Positions 38,072 through 52,155 are shown, numbered from the stretch's first letter. The stretch is DNA of 64,000 nt from Eledone cirrhosa (GCA_964016885.1 OZ024741.1:52514001-52578000); one strand, 5' to 3'. The notes: generated by a model not told the origin, from the sequence alone. A program made the numbers and translations.

Positions 38072-41000
38072 ATGACCTCACTCAGAATAGGCAGCATAAA
38101 TGCGCGTGGCTTGGGATCGTCATGGAAGCAGGGCCACCTGCTCAACGACCTCAGGTCACTAAACATAGATGTAGTGGCCATCAGCGAGACCAGAATCTCC
38201 GAAGCACAGGCTTTCGCACCGATCTTCGGCGGCTACGATGTGTACGCATCTCCCAGCCGTCCGGGATCGGGGGGAGGAGTTGCTGTGCTTTTTCGGAGAG
38301 GTTTGGATCTTGCCATACGGGCCATCTTCCTGGACCCAGAAGGTAAGTTGGTGGTGCTGGACGTGACCAGCGGAGACGGGCAAGCTTTCAGGTTAGTGGC
38401 CGTCTATGCCCCGACAGGAGCAGAGCGGCCTGATTTCTTCCGGCGTCTGGAGACCTTTCTTGGAACGTGCCGCTCTTTAGTGTTAGTGGGCGACTGGAAC
38501 GGGATCTTAGATGCACGCTGGGATTGTGTGGGATTAGTGGATAGGGAAGGATGGTGCAAGAGTCTCACCAACCTGCTCAGACGTTTTGAACTGTCTGACA
38601 GGTACCGAATGGATTTCCCGAATGTACCAATGTGGACTTGGACAAATCGCATAGGGTCATCCAGATCATATCTAGATAGAGTATTTTGTAGGGAAATAGA
38701 TAGGTCTAGCATAGGCTGTCCACAATTCAAGATAGTCAGCTACACGGACCACAAATTCGTGATCTGTGTGCTTGACTTAGATAGGCTTCATAGGCGAGGA
38801 CCTGGCTACTGGAAGCTAAACGCGTCCTTACCAGCGCGCAAAGCCTACAGATACCGGATTAGCGAACTAGTTAAGCGGGCGTTGACCGGGGCCATCGTCA
38901 ACAACAAGTGGTGGTTTGCTCTGAAAAGAGCAATTAGAATAGAGTCCATTAGGTTTAGTAAGACTTTAGCAATAGAGAAAAATAGAGCAGGAGAACTAGT
39001 TAGAAAATTAGACGAGGCGCTTAGCAAAGGCATCGCGACCGACGTATTTGCGGCGAAATTGGCCCTTGACCAATTCTTCAATGCAAAGCACGAAGGCTGC
39101 GTTGTCAGAGCTAGGGTACGTGCTCTCAGACACGAGGGGACGAAAGCCGTTCAATGGGCCCGAGTGGCGGAGGCGCGTCGTGGCAACAAAGCCACGATCC
39201 GGTCTTTAGTGGACCACGACGGGCGCATGCTACTCGATCCCGGGCAAATGTGTGAAGCTTTTCAGCGACACTTCGCTCAACTGTTCGGGGGCAGTGGCGG
39301 GCCGGATCGAGGGATGGACTTTAGTGTCTACCTCGACGGACTGCCGCGGCTTTCGGCCACTGAGGCGGAGTGTTGCGAAAAGCCGATAACAACCGCTGAA
39401 GTACGGGAGGCAATGACTAGTTGCACAAGGGGTAAATCGCCTGGTTTGGATGGTCTGCCCTATGAACTTTACGTACAAATGCCAAACATGTTCGGAGGCC
39501 TCTTGGCGGACGTCTACTGCAACTGGCAACAGAACGGGAGAATTCCCAGCTCTGTGAGCCGAGGAGCGATGGCGCTGCTGAGAAAGGATCCGAACAAGGG
39601 GGATAACATAGATAATTTTAGGCCCATTACTCTGCTAAACACAGAGTTCAAGATTTTGGCAAAGGTGCTAGCAAAGAGGTTGGCGCGTGTCGTTGGTGGT
39701 CTGGTGGGAGAGGCTCAGACATGCGCCATTGCCGACAGATCCATCCCCGACAACCTCCACCTCATGCGATACATCGTAGAGAGGGTAGCTAGGGAACCTG
39801 GCACGGGTGGGTCCATGATCAATTTAGATCAGTCGAAAGCTTACGATAGGGTCGACCATCGTTACCTAGCGGCAGTCCTGAGGGCGGCTGGCTTTGGGCC
39901 CGTCTTCAGAGGCTGGATCGCTGCCATGCACAGCGACATCTGCTCTGTGGTGAGAGTGAACGGTCACCTTTCGGAACCGTTCAACATCATGCGCTCGGTC
40001 CGCCAAGGATGTGCCCTCTCGTCCCTATTGTACGTATTGACTCTCGAGCCATTACTGCACAAACTGGAGACGTTGAGGGGGGTCCCGCGCGAACTAGGAT
40101 GCGGAAGATCCGTGTCAGCATATGCCGACGATGTCACCGTAGTGGTGTCGAACGCCAAACACATCGAGGCGATCGGCACTACACTAAGAGAATACGAAGC
40201 GGTGACAGGAGCAATGATCAACCAGTAAAAGTCAGTGGGCCTGCAGCTCGGCACCTGGAGAGGCAGGTCCATGCCGTCCAACAGCGTAATCGGGCGCTGG
40301 ACGGACGGACCGGTTAAATTGCTAGGGGTCTGATTCGGTCCAGACCTCCAGACGGACAAAAACTGGGACGAGGTGACGAGCAGGGTGGCTTCTCTCACCC
40401 AGAAATGGGCCGAGAGGAAGCTATCCCTGAAAGGTCGAGCGGAGGTGGCGAATGCGTACATCGCATCCGTCATCTACTACCGCCTGACCGTCGTACCTTG
40501 TCCTAAGCCCCGCCTGACTGCGCTGGAGCGTTTGCTGTTTCGCTTCTTGTGGAAGGGACGCGCTCCGATGGTCAGGCGGTCCATCTGCTGTCAACACCCG
40601 CTACGTGGAGGGCTGGGCATGCCGTGGCTGATGATGCGCAGACACGCGCTCAGGCTACGACATCTCCACCTCTTCCTCGAGTGTGATCAGGTGTGGTCGC
40701 CGTTTGCTAGACACGTTTTCCCCCAGCTCGTCTCCTTGACGGAGCTGCAGTCCTGGGTCAAGCGAAGACCGATAGGGAGCGCTTGGAGACTGGAATGTCT
40801 TCAGGCGCTCACAGCCCTCGACCAATCGGGCAATGTGATCGGTGGAAACTCCACCTTGGCGTTCTATAGGGGATTAGTGGAGGGGTAGAGCGACGACGTA
40901 CTTGGAGAAACTCTAGGCGTCGACGAAAATCAACTAGCCAATCTTTTCGGAAGGACTTTCGGGCCGGGGCCTATGGACAACTTCCAGAAATCCCTGGCCT

Positions 41001-41488
41001 GGCAGTGCTACCGAGGAGCTTTGCCAGTTCGGGATAAACTCTACAGGCATGGAGGTGCCGTCAGCCGGGCATGTCCGAGATGCGCGCAGGGCGACGAAAC
41101 CGTCCTGCACGCACTCGTCCAGTGTCCGAGCATTGCTGACTTGTGGGTTTATGTCGAACACCTGCTGTCACGTGTAGGACGGATCCAGCTATCAGCTGAG
41201 TCCATCGTGAGGATTGCCCCGCCCCCTTCCTTTAGCCGGGAAGGGCAGGCAGTTTTTATCTGTCTGGTAGCCATGGCGAAAGAGATAGTATGGTGGACAC
41301 GTTTGAAAGGGCTGAAGACGAGCACTTACCTCTTCGGTGATGCCCTGATTAACTTTTTCAAATTTCATTTGAAAAGGAAAATCAGGGTAGAGAGGGAAGT
41401 GCTCTCTTCCCAGCATTTTGTTGAAAGATGGGTGAGAGAAGCAAGTATGGCCCGAATGAATGGGCCTTCTCTGAGTATGTGTCTGTAA
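38072..41488 (+). pseudogene. Tx1 ORF2: AP endonuclease, RT and zinc knuckle; three in-frame stops, no frameshift
   Basis: SINARGL, ISET, VGDWN, YLDR, TDH; KSPGLDG, RPITLLN, LDQSKAYDRV, VRQGC, YADD; CPRC..ETVLHALVQC; stops at 40226, 40331 and 40886. Confidence 0.92.
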
Positions 41489-41729
41489 ATTAAAGGTGGA
41501 AAACTGGGAGAGGGCACTTGCCCTGGTGGTCAGGGCCACTGTGGTCTTTTAATGGGCTTTCTCCACAAATGTCCCTCGAAGTCTCCCCCCTATTGGGGAA
41601 TTTTTCTTTGTTATTTTTATTTCATCCTCTGTTTTTTACACGCAGAAATGCCCATTTGTACCGTCCTGTATTGTCCTGTACTGTCCTTAATGTCTACTTC
41701 ATGTAAACCCTTGTGGTTAATAAAGAAAA

Positions 41730-41763
<34 letters not shown>

Positions 41764-41980
41764 GAATGCCATAGTTGACGGAGACTCGGCTCTGTAAGGT
41801 ATAGTAATTTTTAACCGCTATAACAATTGTAAATTGTTTAAAACTTGAACTAAATTGTAGATAAAAACACCCTCCTACTCGTGAGAGGGGTCTTTCTGCC
41901 CGTTATTTGGCCCTTCGGGGTTAAATAACCGCTTATTGGGGTTTTTTGCCCAATATTAATTTTAAACCGTAAAATGAAAC

Positions 41981-44100
41981 ATGGCTACAAAAAAGAATTT
42001 TCACAAGTCACTCCCACTCTTTCCGTCTTCTTCTTCCTCAATCGTCACTACATCAGAGAGAAGATTGTCTCTCTCTCTCTTCCTTCTCTAAATGTGTCTC
42101 CCTTCTCTTTCGCAAGCGACGCCAGTAAAGAAAAAGAAAAATATAGTTTCTGATAGTTTCCAAGAGCACGTGCAAACCGAGGAACATTTCTCCACGACGA
42201 CGACAACGACGAAAAATGTGTGCGGTAAATACGGAAAGCCATTTCATTCGTCTGACTTCATGAATAATAGCAGTAGCAGCCGTAAAAACAGCAGCAGCAA
42301 CAACAGTGACAAGGAAAACAATAGTAGCAGCCGCAACAGCATCAGCAGCAGCATAAACAACAACACCATTAGCAGCAACAGCAACAACAACAACAACAAC
42401 AACCACAGCAACAGCGGCGGCGGCAGTCAGAGTAGCAGGAGCAACAACAAAAGTAACAGCAGTTTTGACGACAACAACAACAACAAGAAAGAAAAACCAA
42501 TCTCGTTTGCAGGTATCGGAAAGAACCTGGAAACCATCCTCATAACAAATGAGGAATTACAGGAAGCAAAGAAGATGGTCACGAAAACCGGACACCGAGC
42601 AATCTGCAAGGCAGCCGAAAAGTTTTTCGAAACCCAACAGCACTGTACGGTCACGTACCGTACAGTAAGCACAAAATCCCGTAGGGTTGAAAGAGCTACA
42701 GAGGCTCAAATACAAAAAGCCTTAGGGTTTGTGTGGCAGCAGAAAACGCATATCACCCGAGGCAAGAAATATGCCACCGTGGACGTGCTTTTTGCCACAC
42801 CCCAGGAGGCAAAGGCTCAATCCTTAGTGATGCTAAGGAGCGAGGAAATGGTGTTGGTGCGCTCCTACTGCGGGAAAAAAATTGTGAGGGTCAAACTGAC
42901 ACACGTCCCCTCCGGGATAGCCCCTTCTTGGCTGGCCGCGTCTGTCCTCGTCGGAATCGAGGACAAAACAACTGTACTGCAAGTACAGAAAAAAGTACGA
43001 GAAGATTGGGTCGGCACCTCCATTGAGATGTTAATCCAAACCAACCAGGAGTGCATCGAAGCTATCCCGGATGTGATAGACTTCGATAACGGCACTCAAC
43101 TGCCCATAAGTGTTGAGGACAAACGCCCGTAATGCTTTCGCTGTGGGTCGAAGACTCACCTCAGGGCCTTCTGCAATGAGAAGACCCTGAGAAAGGAGAA
43201 AACACCCCTCCTTCCGAAACCGGCTCCACTGCTACCACCAACAGGACAGGCGGCAAGCACGAGGGATAGGTCCGTGGCACTCATACCCAAGCCACGGAAA
43301 TCAAGAACAGCAACAGCAGTGGAAGTATTAACAACAACAACAGTAATACCAACTTCAGCTGCAACAGAGACTCCACTGCAAACATCACCAATAACAAAAA
43401 GTGAATGAGTGGAGCTGGTACCCCTCCCCGAATCGGACATGGAGTGTGAGGTGGGAGAGGGATGGCAAAAGGTCGCAAGAAGGCACAAACGCAGAAGCAG
43501 CGCAACGTCGCCTTCGAAAAGGGAGGAAAGAAATGAAAAAAGGCTAAAGGCTACTGCAAAGAGACTTCCAGCAGCAACACCACCAACACCATCACCACCC
43601 ACACTAGCACCACCATCACCACCGCCAACAACAACAAGAACAACACCTTCAACACCACTACCACAAGCACCAACATCGCAAACACAACAACAAAACACAC
43701 ACACCCAGCAACAACGACAAGAAAATAGCAGAACCACACCCCACCCCAGAAAAACAAATGCACAGCAATAAATACACACAACAAGAAACTAATGACTTAC
43801 ATAATTGAACACACAGACATTTCACAGCACGACTACATAATACCAGCACCAATCAAAACACCAACGAACATAAGACTGGTAAGAATAGCACAGAAACAAT
43901 ACACAAACATTAAAACGAAATTCCCCAACGCAGTTGGTGATTTCAGAGACTTAGGAGGGACTCTCAACCGGAGAGTATATTCGGATATACTCATAGAAGA
44001 GCCGACGCCCAGCCGAAGGGACGATTCAACGGTCCCTTCACCAGACGATCAAGTGAAAAGGGATGGAGAAACCATCCTTCCTCTACGAGAAGTAAGGTAA
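41981..44100 (+). pseudogene. Tx1 ORF1 of a different subtype, disrupted
   Basis: CTVTYRTVSTKSRRVERATEAQIQKALG homologous to copy 1 ORF1 but diverged; several stops. Confidence 0.8.
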
Positions 44101-44134
44101 GTGGTCTTTCCCATCTTTTCCACTCCATTTCAAC

Positions 44135-47100
44135 ATGACTTCACTCAGAATAGGCAGCATAAATGCGCGTGGCTTGGGGTCGTCATGGAAGCAGGGCCAC
44201 CTCCTCAATGAGCTTAGGTCACTAAACATAGATGTAGTGGCCATCAGCGAGACCAGAATCTCCGAAGCACGGGCCTTCGCACCGATCTTCGGCGGCTACG
44301 ATGTGTACGCATCTCCCAGCTGTCCTGGATTGGGGGGAGGAGTTGCTGTGCTTTTTCGGAGAGGTTTGGATCTCGCCATATGGGCCATCTTCCTGGACCC
44401 AGAAGGTAAGTTGGTGGTGCCGGACATGACCAGCGGAGACGGGCAAGCTTTCAGGCTAGTGGCCGTCTATTCCCCGACAGGAGCAGGGCGGCCTGATTTC
44501 TTCCGGCGTCTGGAGACCTTTCTTGGAACGTCCCGCTCTTTAGTGTTAGTGGGCGACTGGAACGGGATCTTAGATGCACGCTGGGACTGTGTGGCATTAG
44601 TGGATAGGGGAGGAGGGTGCAAGAGCCTCACCAACCTGCTCAGGCGTTTTGAACTGTCTGACAGGTACCGATTGGATTTCCCGAATGTGCCAATGTGGAC
44701 TTGGACAAATCGCATATGGCCATCCAGATCATATCTAGATAGAGTATTTTGTAGGGAAATAGATAGGTCTAGCATAGGCTGTTCACAATTCAAGATAGTA
44801 AGCTACACGGACAACAAATTCGTGATCTGTGTGCTTGATTTAGATAGGCTTCATAGACGAGGACCTGGCTACTGGAAGCTAAACGCGTCGTTACCAGCGC
44901 GCAAGGCCTACAGAGACCGGATTAGCGAACTAGTTAAGCGGGCGTTGACGGGGGCCATCGTCAAAAGCAAGTGGTAGTTTGCTCTGAAAAGAGCGATTAG
45001 AATAGAGTCCATTAGGTTTTTTAAGGCTTTAGCAATAGAGAAAAATAGAGCAGGAGAACTAGTTAGAAAATTAGACGAGGCGTTTAGCAAAGGCATCGCA
45101 ACCGACGTATTTGCGGCGAAATTGGCCCTTGACCAATTCTTCAATGCAAAGCACGAAGGCTGCGTTGTCAGAGCTAGGGTGCGTGCTCTCAGACACGGGG
45201 GACGAAAGCCGTTCAATGGGCCCGAGTGGCGGAGACGCGTCGTGGCAACAAAACCACGATCCGGTCTTTGGTGGACCACGACGGGCGCATGCTACTCGAT
45301 CCCGGGCAAATGTGTGAAGCTTTTCAGCGACACTTCGCACAGCTGTTCGGGGGCAGCGGCGGGCCGGATCGAGGGATGGACTTTAGTGTCTACCTCGACG
45401 GACTGCCGCGACTCTCGGCCACTGAGGCGGAGTGTTGCGAAAAGCTGATAACAGCCGCTGAAGTACGGGAGGCAATGACTGGCTGCACAAGGGGTAAATC
45501 GCCTGGTTTGGATGGTCTGCCCTATGAACTTTACGTACAGATGCCAGACTTGTTCGGAGGCCTCTTGGGGGACGTCTACTGCAACTGGCAACAGAACGGG
45601 AGAGTTCCCAGCTCTGTGAACCGAGGAGCGGTGGCGCTGCTGAGAAAGGATCCGAACAAGAAAGGATCCGAACAAGGGGATAACATGGATAATTTCAGGT
45701 CCATAACTCTGCTAAATACAGAGTTCAAGATTTTGGCCAAGGTGCTAGCAAAGAGGTTGGCGCTTGTCGTTGGTGGTCTGGTGGGAGAGGCGCAGACATG
45801 TGCCATTCCCGACAGATCCATCCACGACAACCTCCACCTCATGCGATACATCGTAGAGAGGGTAGCTAGGGAACCTGGCACGGGTGGCTCCTTGATCAAT
45901 TTAGATCAGTCGAAAGCTTTCGATAGGGTCGACCATCGTTACCTGGCGGCAGTCCTGAAGGCGTCTGGCTTTGGTCCCATCTTCAGAGGCTGGATCTCTG
46001 TCATGCACAGCGACATTTGCTCTGGGGTGAGAGTGAACGGTCACCTTTCAGAACCGTTCAACATCATGCGCTCGGTCCGCCAAGGATGTCCCCTCTCGTC
46101 CCTATTGTACGTATTGACTCTCGAGCCATTACTGCACAAACTGGAGACGTTGAGGGGGGTCCCGCGCGAACTAGGATGTGGAAGATCCGTGTCAGCATAT
46201 GCGGACGATGTCACCGTAGTGGTGCCGAACGCCAAACACATCGAGGCGATCGGCACCACACTAAAAGAATACGAAGCGGTGACAGGAGCAATGATCAACC
46301 AGGAAAAGCCAGTGGGCCTGCAGCTCGGCACCTGAAGAGGCAGGTCCATGCCGTCCAACAGCGTCGTCGGGCGCTGGACGAACGGACCGGTTAAATTGCT
46401 AGGGGTCTGGTTCGGTCCGGACCTCCAGACGGACAAAAACTGGGACGAGGTGACGAGCAGGGTGGCTTCTCTCACCTAGAAATGGGCGGAGAGGAAGCTA
46501 TCCCTGAAAGGTCGAGCGGAGGTGGCTAACGCGTACATCGCGTCCGTCGTACCTTGTCCTAAGCCCCGCCTGACTGCGCTGGAGCGTTTGCTCTTTCGCT
46601 TCTTGTGGAAGGGACGCGCTCCGATGGTCAGGCGGTCCATCTGCTGTCAACACCCGTTACGTGGAGGGCTGGGCATGCCGTGGATGATGATGCGCAGACA
46701 CGCGCTCAGGCTACGACATCTCCACCTCTTCCTCGACGGTGTGGTCGCCGTTTGCTAGACACGTCTTTCCCCAGCTCGTTTCCTTGACGGAGCTGCAGTC
46801 CTGGGTCAAGCGAAGACCGATAGGGAGCGCTTGGAGACTGGAATGTCTTCAGGCGCTCACAGCCCTCGACAAATCGGGCAATGTGATCGGTGGAAACTCC
46901 ACCTCGGCGTTCTATAGAGGATTAGTGGAGGGGAAGAGCGACGACGTACTTGGGGAAACTCTAGGCCTCGACGAAAATCAACTAGCCAATCTCTTCGGAA
47001 GGACTTTCGGGCCGGGGCCTATGGACAACTTCCAGAAATCCCTGGCCTGGCAGTGCTACCGAGGAGCCTTGCCAGTTCGGGATAAACTCTACAGGCATGG

Positions 47101-47535
47101 AGGTGCCGTCAGCCGGGCATGTCCGAGATGCGCGCAGGGCGACGAAACCGTCCTGCACGCACTCGTCCAGTGTCCGAGCATTGCTGACTTGTGGGTTTAT
47201 GTTGAACACCTGCTGTCGCGTGTAGGACGGATGCGGCTATCAGCTGAGTACATCGTGAGGATTGCTCCGCCCTCTTCCTTTAGCCGGGAAGGGCAGGAAG
47301 TTTTTATCTGTCTGGTGGCCATGGCGAAAGAGATAGTATGGTGGACACGTTTGAAAGGGCTGAAGACGAGCACTTACCTCTTCGGTGATGCCCTGATTGA
47401 CTTTTTCCAATTTCATTTGAAAAGGAAAATCAGGGTAGAGATGAAGTGCTCTCTTCCCAGCATTTTGTTGAAAGATGGGTGAGAGAAGCAAGAATGGCCC
47501 GAGTGAATGGGCCTACTCTGAGTATGTGTCTGTAA
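44135..47535 (+). pseudogene. Tx1 ORF2 with stops and frameshifts
   Basis: ORF fragments 44135-44977, 45226-46335, 46522-46758 and 46739-47482 match copy 1. Confidence 0.9.
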
Positions 47536-47781
47536 ATTAAAGGTGGAAAACTGGGAGAGGGCACTTGCCCTGGTGGTCAGGGTCACTGTGGCCTTTTAAT
47601 GGGCTTTCTCCACAAATGTCCCTCCGAAGTCTCCCCCCTATTGGGGAATTTTTCATTGTTATTTTTATTACATCCTCTGTTTTTGTTTTTTTACACGCAG
47701 AAATGCCCAGTTGTACCGTCCTGTATTTTCCTGTACTGTCCTTAATGTCTACTTTATGTAAACCCTTGTGGTTAATAAAGA

Positions 47782-47845
<64 letters not shown>

Positions 47846-48479
47846 TCCTTTTGAAAGATAACTTTTCAGCAGAAAAATTACATTTTTATATTCACAAAAC
47901 TGACATAAAATGTAATTTAATAAATACAATTGAAATTCAATAATATTAGGCAAAAAAAAAAATACAGCAAATTGAAATCTCAGACTGTAAAATAGTTCCA
48001 ATTATAGCTCTTTGGCCGTATCATATAATGGTTTCAACTATAGACAATGTGGCTTTTGCTTATGTGTTATGTGTTTTACTCTACCTGCTTGTAATCTGTT
48101 CAAACCATGTATCTTTACAGATGCCGCCATGTCTGATGGTCAGTAAATGTACGTAGTTACATTAAACGAACAGACTATATGTCTACCTCACCAGCCAGCT
48201 TGCTGGCGTGCAATTTTGTGCATGAAGGTAGTATTGCGCATGTAATGCCATTTTGCGCCAAGGATTGGAGAACTGCATTGTGGGTAAGATGTATTCAAAA
48301 CGATAACAAAACAAAGAATGGACAGGAAAATGCACAGGTATCTTTCGACAAAAACAGATTTAGACACGTAAAAAATAACGACTAAAAATACATAGACAAC
48401 GGACGTACCAGGTGTACAAGTTGTTAACGGTGACTGAAAACACGTACATTTTCTCCTCACCATTTTTTGTCAACATTTC

Positions 48480-48660
48480 TTCCTCTTTTTACTCTACTCC
48501 ATATTTCTATTACTTATATATTTTTTATTCTATCCTCTGATGAAGGAATAACTGTCTGAAACGTTAAGACTGTTTTCCTATCAAACGTTAAACCAATATA
48601 TTTCTCCATTGTTCTGTAACGTTTGCTGTGTTGTTTCCCGTCTACTTTCCGCATACAATA
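48480..48660 (+). mobile_element. PLE terminal-repeat remnant with hammerhead-like core
   Basis: CTGATGA (48537) ...GAAACGTT, weak stems; related decayed copy ~19970-20090. Confidence 0.45.
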
Positions 48661-48820
48661 TATATAGGAATATCCAGGAAATAGGAATATCCGTTTTATG
48701 TAAGCTAATTTACGTCAGTGTAAAATGAATAAGCGAAACAAAAAATTGAGGAGGCAGCTTACCGATTAAGAGACCCAATTTTCCTCGGATTTTGCCTATT
48801 TTCTTCCACACACACACACA

Positions 48821-48899
<79 letters not shown>

Positions 48900-49151
48900 T
48901 CTCTCTCTATCTCACACACACATATATATATATAGTATATTTATAGTGATATTGGGGTTTACCAATATAGATCCTGTAAAGATGAGAGAACCTCGATGCT
49001 ATCCAGTTTCCTTGATGCAGCAGTAATTCAAAAACGGCTGAGGATTTTTCAGTCGTTGGAGATTCTGTTGTAGTCTGTTAGGCTATGGGTTGCAGGGTTC
49101 ACAATTTATTAATAGAGTAAGAAAACCAAGTTCTACTTAAAATATATTTTT

Positions 49152-49239
49152 ATTCCTACATATGTTTCAAAGTAGAGCGGTGGGGCATACCGCGATATAT
49201 ACGAGGTATCTGTACATCGCTCTACATATCTTCAAGAAT
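49152..49239 (-). ncRNA. Decayed type I hammerhead
   Basis: ATTC-TTGAAGA-..GTAGAGCG/CGCTCTAC..-GAAA-CATATG-TA-GGAAT. Confidence 0.55.
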
Positions 49240-50621
49240 TTACATATTGTTTGAAGCTTCAAGTGTATTACATACAAGACTTAGCTCCTACACAGTAGAT
49301 GAAGTTCATACCATATCTACAAGCTTAATCAAAAGCAACAGTAAAACAGCAACGGTATAAAAAATAGTATATCAAAATATAGCACTTCTGTACATCCATA
49401 CATTAACAGACCTATCATTAAAAATTAGAAGCAATATTGCATGAAAATATATGTGCAAATTGACCAGAAAAAGGAGGACAGTAGTTAGTTAATTATACGT
49501 TAGGCATATAAAATTACATAATAATAAAAAAAAAAGGAAAATACAGTTTATAATTTCATAAAAATCCTAGTTTAGAAATATTTTTTCCTGATAAATGACT
49601 TCCAACGATACAAAAAAAATCTTTAACAGGAAAAGCACAAGTATCACTCTTTCTATATTACACTTCACACGTGTTAATATTATTGATAATATAATACAAT
49701 ACCATGAAATAAAAATAAAAAAACAGAAAAATAGATAATTAAACAATTATTTTGCAGAATTATATAGATTTATATATTAGAATACCCTCCAAATATGTGT
49801 ATAAAAATATACATAAAAAAAGCAATGTTGTAATTATTATTAATTTACCGGAACTGAAAATAGTTGTTATAATACTTAAGTAAATAAAAAAAAAACTACA
49901 ATTTTACCCTGCATCTAGATGAAAAGTAGCTTCGCAATTTATGTTATTACTCTCCACTGACATAGTTTTGAAACTTATAACATTTATTTAGTACACAAGG
50001 TTGCGTTACTACCAAAACAAATCACACCGGCTAAATGGGCGGTATTATGCGGGTCTGAGGCAAATGTGTATTGTTCCTGGAGTATATCTTATTAAAGCCT
50101 GCTAGATGGTGTGCAGATTCATTATTAGCTCATAAACACTAGTTGTGCCTGTTATGTTAGATAGCTTATGTTATTGATAGATCAATTCAGCAAGACTCTA
50201 AATATCATAATTCTATGCTGGGTATAAGGAAGCAGTTTCTGTGAGGTAAAAGAAAAATATATTTAATTAATGTAACAGTAAGGTGGAATTATAATTCATA
50301 CCCACTCTATAACAAACATAACAACTGAAGGGTCAAGAAAGGATTAGTATTAACAGGCATCCGAGACTTTCGGCCATGTGCTTAAGAGTACCATTAGAAA
50401 TTAATAGTCAAGCCCAGGTATTAGTATGCTCAATCTCATACATGTTAGAGCGATTAGATTTTTAGGATTTAATAGATCATGCTTATATTAGTCAGGGCAA
50501 GTTCAGATGTTATCTCCATTGCATTAGGTAGCATGGGTGGGAAATCACTAGAGTTATCATATGTTCATTTCACCAGAACCTGTTGCAATAATAATATGAG
50601 TAATGATAAACTTTATATAAA

Positions 50622-50980
50622 TAATAATTGTTTCTACTTTAGGAAAAAGGCCAGCAATTTGGGGGAAGGGAAATCGATTAAATGGATCCTAGTGCATTAT
50701 TTGTGCTTTATTTATCGACCCCGTAAGGATGCAAAGCCAAGCTAACCTCGACGGAATTTGAACTCAGAACGTAAAGGGACATTAATATAAATAATAATAA
50801 TTGTTTCTACTTTTGGCACAATGCCAGCAATTATCCTAGTGTATTACTGGTACTTTATTTTATCGATCCCGTAAGGATGAAAGGCAAAGTAAACCTCGGC
50901 GGGATTTGAACTCAGACTATAAAGGGCCGTAACTCTTTGTTGCAAAGCATGGCGTCAGACCTTCTACCGATACTGCCAAA
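50622..50980 (-). mobile_element. Two tandem SINE family A copies
   Basis: 50622-50782 and 50795-50980 match the family. Confidence 0.85.
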
Positions 50981-51409
50981 TAATAATAGTATTAAGGTGA
51001 CTCCGAATTCACACAACCCTTCAATTACATATAATTGTAGAAACCGATCTACCTGTGGATGCTTATTCTTTTAATACACAGAGCCTCGTTAACACACCAT
51101 TATAAACATGCTTTCGCAGAGACTGCCCCGCGGAGTAGAGGTTGGCTTGGTCCCTATCCCTGGATTAAGCCGCAAAATATATAACATTCATCCATCAATG
51201 CATCCATACGTACACACACATACAAGGCACACGCACTCACACAGACAATATACACACACACATACACACACATACACAGACACACACCAGTATTCAAATC
51301 AGTATTCCATATTTATAAGGATTTCCTATGCTTCAGTTTAGGTTTTACCTTTTCTAAATTAACGGTAGTACAGAAAATCCGAAAAACCTATAACACACAC
51401 ACACACACT

Positions 51410-51441
<32 letters not shown>

Positions 51442-51668
51442 AGTCTCACACACACACACACACCTCTGACAAAAGGCCTTCCTGCGCTGACACAGACCCA
51501 CCTTTTGAAATATCTGTGACTATATCTTTCACCGTATATGTCTTTATTGAAGATAGTCGGGTGTAATTTGATTTAAATTTTGCTGCTATTTATGAACGTA
51601 TATTTACATTTATTATAAAATTTATTCATACTATTTGTTATGATGTATGTTAATAATTTCTGCTTATG

Positions 51669-51733
<65 letters not shown>

Positions 51734-51739
51734 CATATG

Positions 51740-51772
<33 letters not shown>

Positions 51773-52112
51773 CTGCGTATATATATATATATATACACCT
51801 TATAATATGGAAATATATTTAACTATTTATAGTAGTTTCGGAAATTGAAATTCTTTTCACTACATTGTTGAAAGTAGACAATACTATTTCATCTATACTT
51901 AAAACTTTCTTGCAATTTTAAAATTCAGTTTATGTCATTATATTATAATTTGTCTGAGACATCACAATTCAATTTAGTTATTACATGTATAGCTTTTGTC
52001 AATAATTCGTTTTATTTTTTATTTGTTTTCTAACTTGAAAACACATTTAAGCGTAATGGTATATAGTATTGGAAAAAAAAAATATATATATATATATATG
52101 ACATATATGCCA

Positions 52113-52155
<43 letters not shown>

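Larger units (their letters stand above)
35763..41763 (+). mobile_element. Full-length Tx1/L1-clade LINE, copy 1
   Basis: 5'UTR, ORF1, ORF2 (APE-RT-CCHC), 3'UTR with AATAAA and (TTA)n tail. Confidence 0.92.
41764..47845 (+). mobile_element. Full-length Tx1/L1-clade LINE, copy 2
   Basis: Begins directly after the (TTA)n tail of copy 1; ORF2 and 3'UTR nearly identical to copy 1; own (TTA)n tail. Confidence 0.92.
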
